Shown: one piece after another, positions 45,409 to 55,300 of the stretch
Position numbering within the stretch: the stretch's first letter is position 1
How the letters are laid out: each line of letters begins with the position of its first letter
Origin: Candidatus Bipolaricaulota bacterium
Lineage (GTDB): Bacteria; Bipolaricaulota; Bipolaricaulia; UBA7950; UBA9294
NCBI GenBank assembly: GCA_030606565.1
Contig: JAUWGE010000004.1
Span: 3,256 to 67,255, forward strand
DNA: 64,000 bases
Reading direction: 5' to 3'
Notes under the pieces: generated by a model
The model's database searches: none
Seen by the model: only the letters and a program-made list of their open reading frames with translations
Told to the model about the DNA's origin: nothing
Position numbers and translations under genes: made by a program

Positions 45409-46947
45409 ATGGATAAACTGAGGGCCTTCGTGAGCTCCGTCCAGTTGGAATTGGAGAATGAGCGGGTGAGCGTACAGCATCTGCTGCAGAGCGACCAGTT
45501 TCTCCAGACACATTGCGTACCAGTATTGTACGAGTACGAACCAGCATCTCCCGAGGTTGCCTCTGAGGAGTGCCTGACGACGATCGACGAGTGCCAGATC
45601 TACGTACTCATTGTCTGGAAGGAGTACGGTCATCGCGTCAACGGTCTGTCCATCATACACAAGGAGTATCGACGAGCTAAAGAGAAAGGGTTGCCGGTTC
45701 TGGCCTTCGTCAAAGGGCTGGGCAGTATAGACCGAGAGGAAGGGACCCAAGAGCTTCTCGCTGAGCTTAAGGCCGATGGCTACAAGCACAAGCACTTTGG
45801 CAACGTCATCGAGCTTCAGAGAGAGGTGCGGGCAGCGCTGGTCAAACTCCTCTCGAAGCAATTCAGTATCGAGCCGACAAGTGACGAGGATCAGATTGCC
45901 AAACAGACCATCGAAGCGACATCGCCGTTTGAGTCCCAGCCCCTTGACCACGTTCCTTGGGAGTTCCTTGACCAAAACGTAGCGCGCCAACTTATCGGGG
46001 CATCGGAGGGCAAGCCGACTGATGATCTAACCCCGGAAGAGGTTCTTGCCGGCGTGGCGCTTCGGGGGCTTGTGTGGCGAGATCCGGATTCGCGTGAGTA
46101 TCGCGCTACGGCTGCCGGTGTTGTTCTGCTGGGAAGGGATCCTTCGGCCGTCTTTCCACACTGCCGCATTCTCGCCGACGCCTACCGTGGAGCCGATCCA
46201 GATGGGGACCCGCGGGACCATGAAGACATCCGCGGGCCGATGCCCATGGTGGTTGATCGTGCGGTTGACTTCATCGATCGGAATACTCGCCATCCGATGC
46301 GCATTGTTGGACTGAGCCGAGTCCGATTGGACGAGTATCCTGTCGAAGCGCTGCGTGAAGCGCTGGTGAATGCACTCGCTCATCGTAACTACGAGGATGC
46401 GGGTCGGAAGATCATGCTAGAGGTCTTCGCCGATCGGGTCGTGGTTTCAAGTCCCGGGTTTCCTCCGTCCCCAATCACGCTCGCCAAGCTGCGGAGGGGC
46501 AACTACAAACCATGTTCGCGAAACCCGGTCATCGCTCAATGGCTTTCATACTTCCATCGGATCGAGGAACGTGGCAGTGGCTTCCAGCGCATGCGCGATT
46601 CCATGCTCGATCACGGTCTCGACCGGCCCACTCTGGGCACGAACACTGGGTATTTTCAAATCGTCTTCCCGGGACCGGGTGAGGATCTGGATCGGCTTCG
46701 GGTTCCACCTTCCGCCTTGGGACCGATTGTGACGCCCGCTGTGGAGGCTCAGTTAAACGAGCGACAGAAGAAGATGACTGCACGGCTGGTTCAAGGTGAG
46801 GAACTCACAAGTCGGCTCTGCGAGCAAGAATTCAGTGTCACACGCGACACCGCGAATCGCGATTTTAAGCTGCTCATGGAGCTGGACATTGCAGAGAGAA
46901 GAGGAGGTGGTCGTTCGACGCGCTATGTGCTCCGTGGTTCGCGCTAA
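45409..46947 (+). CDS. DUF4062-like / Schlafen-AlbA_2-like / HATPase_c_4 / C-terminal wHTH fusion protein
   Basis: N-terminus: MDKLRAFVSSVQLELENERV…IYVLIVWKEYG… (DUF4062-like). Middle and C-terminal parts: YPVEALREALVNALAHRNYEDAGRKIMLEVFADRVVVSSPGFPP…RNPVIAQWLSYFHRIEERGSGFQRM, the pattern of RecG-C-terminal-like putative regulators. The tail …EFSVTRDTANRDFKLLMELDIAERRGGGRSTRYVL looks like a wHTH. Confidence 0.65.
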   Translation: MDKLRAFVSSVQLELENERVSVQHLLQSDQFLQTHCVPVLYEYEPASPEVASEECLTTIDECQIYVLIVWKEYGHRVNGLSIIHKEYRRAKEKGLPVLAFVKGLGSIDREEGTQELLAELKADGYKHKHFGNVIELQREVRAALVKLLSKQFSIEPTSDEDQIAKQTIEATSPFESQPLDHVPWEFLDQNVARQLIGASEGKPTDDLTPEEVLAGVALRGLVWRDPDSREYRATAAGVVLLGRDPSAVFPHCRILADAYRGADPDGDPRDHEDIRGPMPMVVDRAVDFIDRNTRHPMRIVGLSRVRLDEYPVEALREALVNALAHRNYEDAGRKIMLEVFADRVVVSSPGFPPSPITLAKLRRGNYKPCSRNPVIAQWLSYFHRIEERGSGFQRMRDSMLDHGLDRPTLGTNTGYFQIVFPGPGEDLDRLRVPPSALGPIVTPAVEAQLNERQKKMTARLVQGEELTSRLCEQEFSVTRDTANRDFKLLMELDIAERRGGGRSTRYVLRGSR

Positions 46948-47310
46948 TCGTCAGATAATCGTCAGACGATTTGCGCTAATCGTCAGATCGGGAGCTTCGA
47001 CGGTCGAGGAAATTGCTGGCGACTGGTGATGCGGGCTGTGACAAAGCTCGTCGGGCTTACCGGAGGAACTTGCTTGACGAAGCGGGAGCTCTCGGGGAGT
47101 CACCGAGCAAGTACCGTACAAGTTGTGCATACGTTGGCGCAGGAGTTGGAGTGAGGGAATCGACCGATTGAGGCAGTCAGTCTCGACGTGAATCGTTAAG
47201 GAATCGTAAAGGGGTAGGGCGAAATCGTAAACCAGAGGGGCGGAACGAGGGATCTCGATGGAGATGAATCGTCAGACAATCGTCAGGCGATCTGAGCGAA
47301 TCGTCAGATC
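46941..47310. repeat. iteron-like array of AATCGT(C/T/A)A motifs
   Basis: AATCGTCAGA at 46946, 46957, 46978, 47267 and 47299; AATCGTCAGG at 47278; AATCGTTAAG at 47191; AATCGTAAA at 47202 and 47223. AATCGTCAGACGATT (46957-46971) is a perfect 7-1-7 palindrome. GCGCTAATCGTCAGAT occurs twice. Confidence 0.8.
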
Positions 47311-47625
47311 GAATGGCGATGATGATCGTGACCACAACGACCGAGAAGGGGAGAGCTGAGGTGAGGTCACAGATTGTGATCTCAAACACCGATAGGGTTT
47401 CACAACAAGAGAGAGAATTCACCAATGAATAACCAGGAGGCGATAAGGGAATACTGTGCATGAAAAAGTAGCTTGCGTAGCGAAGAGGAAGAGTGAGACT
47501 GTGAGGTTGACGCCAGGAATAGTCTTGGAAATAGGTTTTGGGTCCTCATGACGGAGTGCCCGTGGGGCATTTTGCTTGGCGGTCTGCTGGCTATGGCTCT
47601 TGAAATCGGATAAGCGGAAAGGGGA

Positions 47626-47955
47626 ATGGAAACTCCACAGGTAGTCCTTGACCTAGTCGATCGGTTCGAGTGCAATCGGGATGTCTATTGCTCCAACCAG
47701 TACAACGAAACCCAAACACGGCACGAATTCATCGATCCATTCTTCATGGCGCTCGGCTGGGACGTCAACAACGAGAAGGGCTACGCGGAGGCGTACAAAG
47801 AGGTCATCCACGAGGACGCGATCAAGGTCGGCGGCGCGACCAAGGCACCGGAACAACCGTGGCCATACTTGAAAGCTCAGCCTTCTGCCCATAAGGCCAG
47901 CAACAGCGCATCACGTCTTGTGGAAGGGGGAAAGGCAGATGTGGACACACCTTGA
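47626..47955 (+). pseudogene. N-terminal fragment of a large type IIG/IIL (Eco57I/PglX/YeeA-like) N6-adenine methyltransferase-restriction protein
   Basis: LVDRFECNRDVYCSNQYNETQTRHEFIDPFFMALGWDVNNEKGYAEAYKEVIHEDAIKVGGATKAP reproduces the conserved N-terminus of this family. After KAP (about nt 47850) the similarity ends, and the frame stops at 47955. Confidence 0.65.
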
Positions 47956-50887
47956 ACCTCATTCAGCCAAACTCGAGCAGGTTTTCGAGCCGTTGCACGC
48001 TAAGGCAGCGCAATACGATCACGCATGGTCGATTGCCGAGCTAAGACTATCAGAAGCCGACGTAACATGGCTTCGATCTTGGTTTGGCTGCCTAACTCCC
48101 GAGAGAACAGGAAATTGGATCAATTCCGTGATGCTTGCGAAGTATGAGGATGACGCATGCGTGACCTATCGCCAGATGTTCGGCTCTCTTCTTATATGCG
48201 CAGGGGCGGAAGTCTGCCGAGAGGAAAGCAGGGAAGATTCCGTCTGGCCGGCAATACGAAGCATCTTGCCGGAATCGCATGCGCTTCGACATAAGTTGTT
48301 TCTGGCGAATGGGCAACCATCTTCTTTGACTAAGGACGCTATTGCGGATGCTGTCCGCATACTAAATCTTCGCAACGCGATGGATATTGAGGGGACTCAG
48401 CAGTGGTTCGTGACAATCAAACTTCAGTTTGGCTTCACCTATTGTGGCGCGAACAATAGACTAGCCGAATGGCTGGTCAGCCTCGGACGGCCGCATGCGG
48501 TCCAATATCTTAACGGCGAATCCGAGTTCTCTGAACTCGCCTCTGAGTCTTTTAAATCGTTGTGGAGGGTATTAACGCAGTATAGACGAGGATTGATCGA
48601 GGAAACGGAAGTCCGCACGACTCTGCAACGCAATCCATGGGTCAAGGCCCATTGGATCGATGATTTACTGAAAGAGGCAAAAGCAAAGATCGCAACGCTC
48701 GGGACTGGAGAACGGCACGAGGAAGAAGCTGAGACATATGAGGAAGAGGTTTCAGAAGAAGAGCTTTGTCCCATCGCGGGCATTGCGCTCGAGTGGATTC
48801 CAAACACAGCGCCTCGATTCAGGTTCCAATTGGATCGTCAGGCCATCGAAGATGAAGTCAGCGGAACTGCGGCAAGCGAACTGGATTTCTATGTCGACGG
48901 CAGGAGACTATGCCGCTGGCTTCGCCAGAGAGACGGATCTTGGGCGGGCGTTGACCATATCTATGCTGAACTGGACAAGTATAGCGAGCAACCGAATCTT
49001 AACCCTCGGACACTTGTAGTTCAGTCTAGCTCTGGAGAATCTTTGCTGGAGTGGGACTTTGCCGATTCAGGTCTATCGGAGGATGTCCTGGTGTTCGACC
49101 TGGAAAGGGAGAGGATGGTCAAAGCGGCTTTGGAACGACTGGAGCCGAATCGGCGATACGCAATCGTTTGTGATCGCAAGTGTGAACTGCGAGGCAGCAC
49201 CACAGTTGAAACATTTGAGCGGAACGGGATTTCGAGAAAGGCAATACGCCTAGCCTTGCCTCTGAACGAGAATCTGTCTATTTACTACAAGGATTTTGTG
49301 CTATGGCAGCCAGTAAAAGCGGAAAGCGAGCAGCTTCCGCGATTCCCCCTTAGCCTAACGACGCCGGAAGGGAAGACCTTTTCGCTGCATGATAGATCGA
49401 AGCTGTTCTTGGAAGGCCTGCCAGAAGATGCCAAATCTGTCAAACTACTGATTTACAAGAAAACGTATGCTGTTGAGCAGCACGATAGCAGATGGCTCAC
49501 TTTGAAAGACGTTACAATAACCCCGGAGCTGGTGGCACGGCAACGTCGGGTTCTCGTTTATTTCTCATCAGGAGACAGGGAGTGCAAAGAAAAACCGCGC
49601 CTTGCTCTTAACCTGCTTGGCGCGGCCATGCTTCGTCATCAGCAAAACGATAATGCCGAAAAGGTGTCGTTTGAGGTTCTGAAACAAGGTGATCAGTTGA
49701 ATTGCTCTGAGGGGACGACCTACCTCAGAATTTGGACACCTGAGCACGACAAGGGCGCATCGGTGTTGGAAGGCGACTGCCAGGTGGGCCGATTGAAATA
49801 CCAGAAGATAAGACTACGGGATGTCCCTGGGCACGGGGGCGAGCTTCAGGTCATGAACCAAGGAGGGCGACACGGCTTGGGTATTGCGTGCTTGAACACA
49901 GGCTGTGTTCGTGACTACCTTCCTCCCATGCTTGGCTCATCGGATGCGCGATTGTTTCTCCTCTCGGACAGGGATCCTGCAGAAGTGGGGGATAACGGAT
50001 TTGCTCTATATGGGTGGTTTGTTGGTAAGAAAGGAAAGGCTAGACTCCGTAGGTTGCCGGATAGCAGTGTCCAGCTGAGTTCGAGTGATCGAGTATGGAA
50101 AATCCGGGACTCGTGCGACCCAATGGCCGTCGCGCTAACGTGGAAAGGAGCGTGGCTCGGGGCATGGTGGAGCCTTGAAAGTATCCGCGACTACGTCAAC
50201 GAGCGGACGGATTTACCTGAGCATGATTTCGCGATTATGAAGTGGCTGCGTGTGCCGGTCCTGCAGTCGACACTATCCTCCTCTCTAGCAAAGGCAATCT
50301 TGCAGGCCCCTTCCCGTTTCATCAAGACATGGCTGAACGATAGTGGACTTCCCGATGTGCTCAAGCCACATGCTCATATTCTGGGAATTGATTCGGTGGT
50401 GCGCCATTTTCTCTGGAATGATTTTCCTCCAGGGTATGCGAAAGATACAATCGCTGTAATCACGCAACGGGATGGTGGGTTGCATCAAATCGACAGCCAC
50501 ATCGGATATTTACAGCAACTATCTGATATTTCTCCTGTTTTGTTGTGGAAGGGGATGGAGAAGGTCTTGATACGCGACGGCAAGACGATTGTCGATCTCC
50601 TTCATATGTTTACTCGTGCACAAGTCGGGTTATCTTCAAGCGATGATCGGCAGCAAATGCTTTTCAGGCTTCAGGGCTTAGAAAAGAGAGCATCGAGCGC
50701 AACTGGCATCAGCCAGGAGAGATTGAAAGAGATCACGTGCAACCGCTTCAGGTTGATGAAGGACAAGCGATGGCGTCCGTTGGAAGAAGATCGCGTTGAT
50801 CTATTGAGGCTTGGGCAAACTATTTCTGGTAGGCGACATCTATCTGCACGAATGGGTCTGTACTGGCTTGATCTGGCCGAGGTATAG
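47939..50887 (+). CDS. very large protein of unknown function (DruH-like by size and position)
   Basis: Roughly 980-aa uninterrupted ORF. ATG 47939 follows GGAAGGGGGAAAGG. Its stop lies 12 nt before the helicase ATG. I see no motif I can assign. Confidence 0.6.
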   Translation: MWTHLEPHSAKLEQVFEPLHAKAAQYDHAWSIAELRLSEADVTWLRSWFGCLTPERTGNWINSVMLAKYEDDACVTYRQMFGSLLICAGAEVCREESREDSVWPAIRSILPESHALRHKLFLANGQPSSLTKDAIADAVRILNLRNAMDIEGTQQWFVTIKLQFGFTYCGANNRLAEWLVSLGRPHAVQYLNGESEFSELASESFKSLWRVLTQYRRGLIEETEVRTTLQRNPWVKAHWIDDLLKEAKAKIATLGTGERHEEEAETYEEEVSEEELCPIAGIALEWIPNTAPRFRFQLDRQAIEDEVSGTAASELDFYVDGRRLCRWLRQRDGSWAGVDHIYAELDKYSEQPNLNPRTLVVQSSSGESLLEWDFADSGLSEDVLVFDLERERMVKAALERLEPNRRYAIVCDRKCELRGSTTVETFERNGISRKAIRLALPLNENLSIYYKDFVLWQPVKAESEQLPRFPLSLTTPEGKTFSLHDRSKLFLEGLPEDAKSVKLLIYKKTYAVEQHDSRWLTLKDVTITPELVARQRRVLVYFSSGDRECKEKPRLALNLLGAAMLRHQQNDNAEKVSFEVLKQGDQLNCSEGTTYLRIWTPEHDKGASVLEGDCQVGRLKYQKIRLRDVPGHGGELQVMNQGGRHGLGIACLNTGCVRDYLPPMLGSSDARLFLLSDRDPAEVGDNGFALYGWFVGKKGKARLRRLPDSSVQLSSSDRVWKIRDSCDPMAVALTWKGAWLGAWWSLESIRDYVNERTDLPEHDFAIMKWLRVPVLQSTLSSSLAKAILQAPSRFIKTWLNDSGLPDVLKPHAHILGIDSVVRHFLWNDFPPGYAKDTIAVITQRDGGLHQIDSHIGYLQQLSDISPVLLWKGMEKVLIRDGKTIVDLLHMFTRAQVGLSSSDDRQQMLFRLQGLEKRASSATGISQERLKEITCNRFRLMKDKRWRPLEEDRVDLLRLGQTISGRRHLSARMGLYWLDLAEV

Positions 50888-50899
50888 GAGGATCTGAGC

Positions 50900-52396
50900 A
50901 TGGGGCAAGTTGACGCACTGAAAATGGTCGAACACGTTCGGACGAGGCTTGTGGATCTCGCCGTGTCGGAGAACTATGTCCGGGACAACAGGCTTTCCGA
51001 CGCTGCGCAAACGGTCTGGGAAGGGCCGGGCGCTGACGGGGGGCTGGTCAGCGAATTGTGGGTGGAGGGTGCATTTCCCGGTGAACATAGCTCTGATTCG
51101 CTGAAGTCGCTGAGTGCCGAAGGTTTGTTCCCTGATGACCTTTGCCGTCATGTGAATGCTCGTGACATTTTCCCAGAAGATCGACTGTTGTACAACCACC
51201 AGTCCGAAGCGCTGCGCAAGACCGCGACAGCGAAAGCAAGAGAAAAACCGGCTTTCGTTATCACCGCTGGGACGGGTCTTGGAAAGACGGAAGCTTTCCT
51301 CTTGCCCATGCTGGCAGACCTCTGGACCGCACCTGATAGGCGGAAGAACGGAGGGATGAGATGTCTGATTCTGTACCCTATGAACGCGCTTATTGCGGAT
51401 CAAGTTGACCGAATCTACGGATGGCTTAAGGGCCAGCAACGACTTACCGTATTCCATTTCACAAGTGAGACCCCTGAAGATGCCCGACGTGCAAATAAGC
51501 AGGGTGAACCTAACTGGGAGTCATGCAGGGTGCGCACGCGACAGGAGGCACGCGGTTTTGAGACACACAATGGGGACGCAATACGTCAAGAGCCATTTGG
51601 CAGCGTTCCGGATATCGTGATTACGAACTACTCGATGCTGGAGTATATGCTGTGTCGACCACAGGACTCCCGCTTCTTTGGTCCCGACCTCCGATGCATC
51701 ATCCTCGATGAAGCCCATCTCTACACTGGTACCTTGGCAGCGGAGATTATGATGCTCCTGCGACGTGTGCGGGAGCGCTGCGGGGTTTCACCGTATGAAA
51801 TCCTCCATATGGCCACATCGGCGACCTTGGGCGGAGATGATGAAGAGTTGCAGGCTTTTGCGTCGTCGCTCTTTTCCACAGATAAGGCGACGACGACTGT
51901 TATTCGCGGTCGCTATGCCGACCACGATCTTGGGGACGCTGAGTCTCCACCAACACAGCCAACACCGGCGGCAGATACCGCGAAATTCGTCGACCTTGAT
52001 TTTGACACGCTGACGGCAGAAGACAAACTGATCGAAGATAACGAGGAGACAGTGGGTATGTTAGGCGAGGTTACCACCCTTCTTGTCTCCAAAGCCACAT
52101 TGGACCGTGCGCGACATGAGTACCCCGGTACGCCGGCACGTTTTCTACACGCAAGCATGCGAGAAGCGCCACTCATAAGACAAGTAGCTGCCCTACTGGC
52201 AAAGGACAAGGAAAAGGAAAAGGGCAGTGTGCTAAGTCTGAATGATCTAGCAGGTAGGCTGTTTAATGGCAAGAATGACGTAGATGAACGTAACGCGACC
52301 ATATGCTTTGCTACGTATTGCCGCTGCTGCACGGATGCGTGCTTCGGACTTGCCCCTGGTTCCCCATCGACTACATTTCCTGGTTCGCGCTCCTGA
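50900..52396 (+). CDS. DEAD/DEAH-box helicase, N-terminal (RecA1) part of a giant DUF1998 helicase (DruE-like)
   Basis: AGGAGG lies 8 nt upstream. Motif I AGTGLGKTEAF, Ia ILYPMNALIADQ, II IILDEAHLY, III SATLGG. The last 32 or so codons look out of frame relative to the family. Confidence 0.75.
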   Translation: MGQVDALKMVEHVRTRLVDLAVSENYVRDNRLSDAAQTVWEGPGADGGLVSELWVEGAFPGEHSSDSLKSLSAEGLFPDDLCRHVNARDIFPEDRLLYNHQSEALRKTATAKAREKPAFVITAGTGLGKTEAFLLPMLADLWTAPDRRKNGGMRCLILYPMNALIADQVDRIYGWLKGQQRLTVFHFTSETPEDARRANKQGEPNWESCRVRTRQEARGFETHNGDAIRQEPFGSVPDIVITNYSMLEYMLCRPQDSRFFGPDLRCIILDEAHLYTGTLAAEIMMLLRRVRERCGVSPYEILHMATSATLGGDDEELQAFASSLFSTDKATTTVIRGRYADHDLGDAESPPTQPTPAADTAKFVDLDFDTLTAEDKLIEDNEETVGMLGEVTTLLVSKATLDRARHEYPGTPARFLHASMREAPLIRQVAALLAKDKEKEKGSVLSLNDLAGRLFNGKNDVDERNATICFATYCRCCTDACFGLAPGSPSTTFPGSRS

Positions 52397-55300
52397 GGGG
52401 CTGTCCGTTTGTCTGAACCCGCACTGCTCCGGCCGTGATGAACGTCGGATTCCATCGATCGGTTGTCTACAGCCAATAGGGGACCGCTGCCGGTACTGCG
52501 GGCATATCCTGTTGCCGGTCCACCGTTGCGACAACTGCGGTGAATGGGCTCTTGCAGCACATGAGAAACAGGACACATTTACACTCGAGCCTGGATACTA
52601 CGCTGAATCCGCTGAACAACGCACCTATTATCTTCTGACCCGACCCAAAGACCTCGATCTGGAAGAAGTTGTGGTTGATTCTGAAGCAGGCGAGATCCAT
52701 GGTCATGGCGCTGCAGGCGTATCCCTCTGGAAAGCGCCGCGTGAGTCGGCCGAATCGCAGGTCCAGCACTGCCCGACATGCCGCTCCTCATGGGCGTCAG
52801 CTGACGGTGAGGAACAGCAGCCAGAGTGGAAACGCACATGTCGAAGTTTGGTCGGTGGACGCCCCTTTGCATTATCCGTAACCGCTGAGACAGTGCTTCA
52901 TGATCTTCCGCCATACCGCGGGATCTCTCGCCACTGGAAGCCTTCCGGAGGCCGGCGTCTCCTTTCCTTCAGCGATTCGCGCGCATCGGCCGCTCGGCTT
53001 GGTCCGCTTCTGACCCAGCAGCATGAAATGCGGGTTGTCCGTGCCTCTATGGCTCGTTGCGCCCAAGATCTTACACCGGCGGGAACAGCTGAATACCTTG
53101 CCAGTGAAGTAGATAGGCTGAAGAAACAAATGGCAAGTCCGAGACTTCTGCCTGAATTAAAGCAACATCTGGGGGCGGAACTGCAAGAGAAGCAAGTCAA
53201 GTTACAGCGCGCCAAGGTTGGAACTTCCTTCACCGACTACGCAAGACTCGTAACCCAAAGAGGTGAGTTAATCCAGATTCTGGACCGTGATACAGCCGAA
53301 CGTCACAATGCCGACAATTACGGACAATCCGAATGGGAAAGGAACGGCAAAGAAATTAAGGATCATATCGAGGGATTGATTGCCAAGGAGCTCGAACGCC
53401 CACTGAAGAAGCGAGCATCCGTAGAATCGGTTGGACTCATTGAGGTCGTCTATCCGGGGATCGACAGCCTTGGCATTCCTCCTCTTTTGGAGGAAAAGCT
53501 GTCATCAAACGTCCGACCGAAGATAGCAGAAGTATGGCCTGAATTCGTCGCTCTGCTCCTGGACTCTGCCCGGAGAGATAGCTGTGTTGCCTGGTCTCAT
53601 AAGACGCCCGGGCGAACGTGGCTTGGTGAATCGCCGTTGCCGGGGCGATGGTTGACTCGTACGCGCGGTGGATGGGTCGCCGCTGCATTTGTAGGCGCAA
53701 CGCGAAGGCAGCTTCGGCGGACATTCGCATTCAATATGCTCCATACAGCCGGCTGCGTTGATAGTCAATTGGAGTGCCTGTCCGAGGAAATCCTGTGCGC
53801 GGTCTTCGATCAGCTCTTCCAGTTGGCGGGGAAGATTGGCCACGGTTTTGCATGGCTACGGAATGATGACCACCATCAGACCGAGCCTGAGGAAGCAGAC
53901 AAAGCTATACAGATACTGCTGGATCAGCTTAGTGTACGGTCGCCCGCTCAGCTCTACCGCTGTGAGGCTACAGGAACAGTCTGGGCCCACTCCGCGCTCG
54001 GTTGGGTGCCCATAGAAGGCTGTCTTGGCACGCTGCGCGCCATTACCCCAGAGGAACTTGACAAGGATGCACGGTGGGGTCGAGCTCGTCGGGAGCTCAA
54101 AGAGTCGCCAATCTTCTCGGAAGGGTTGTGGGCGGAAGAGCACTCGGCGCAGCTCTCACCTCAAGAGAACCGGCGCTTGCAGAACCTCTTCAAGAAGGGC
54201 ATTCGGAATGTCCTATCTTCCACAACAACGATGGAACTGGGTATTGATATCGGTGGCCTAAATGGGGTGCTGTTGAGCAACGTGCCTCCTGGACCGGCGA
54301 ATCATCGCCAGCGCGCTGGGCGAGCAGGACGCCGATCCGATGGTTCTGCAGTGGTCGTCACATATGCTCGTAACTCGGAATACGACCGGCAGGTGTTTCG
54401 CCGGTTCGGGGATTTCCTGAAGCGGGGCCTGAGGAAACCAACTGTCTTCCTCGACCGTGAACGCATTATCCGACGTCATCTCCACGCTGTTCTCTTGTCT
54501 GAGTTCCTGCGGTCGAAGCAGCCGGAAAAGACCGGAGCAATGCACGCCTATGGGAAAATGGGTGCGTTCTGCGGCGTTAAAACCATACCTTCACGCTGGA
54601 CACGCGTATCGGAACCCAAACCCCTGTGGTCGCCAGAAGGCATCAATGTCGCTGACCAATTCATTGAGTTCTTGGGTCAATTGCAAACAGCGGACGGGGG
54701 ATTCCAGAGTCGCTTGTTCCACCTTTCGGAACACACTGTCTTGAGCACTATAGGGGAACTTGACAGCTGGCGTGAGTTCGTCGGTTCAGCGGTGGATGTG
54801 TTCCGCAAGGCCATCGATGAATGGACGCGAGATGTTGAGCAGCTAAGGGAAGTCTGGAATGAGATCCCATCACAGCCAGCGACTGACAAAAACCGCGAGA
54901 TGGCGAAGGCGAACTCGATTCGTCACATGATTAGGGCGCTTTGTGAGATTACCGTCATAGAGCGGCTAGCAGACCGACGGTTTCTACCGCGTTACGGATT
55001 CCCCATCAACCTCCAAAGCTTGACTGTGCGAAAGGCAATCGAGGGAAGCCGCCGCGACTACTCCGCGCCAGACGAAAGATATCGGCTGGAACGGAGTTCG
55101 CTCCTAGCTCTCAGAGAATACGTGCCCGAATCACGCGTGCTTGTTGGGGGTCGGGTAGCTACCTCCCGTGGTTTGCGGAAGCACTGGACAGACAACAATC
55201 TGGATAGAGCGCTTGGCTTGCAATACTTCTCCCTTGAATGCCCCGAGGAACACGTTTACATTCGTCAGTCACCGGATGAGACTTGCCCGAGATGCGGTTC

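Noticed and set aside
45040-47506. GAGACTGTGAGG occurs at 45040 and 47495, flanking the DUF4062 fusion gene. This could be an att-like direct repeat.
   Set aside because: An exact 12-mer match is expected many times by chance among all position pairs in 64 kb. The flanking similarity is weak and gapped.
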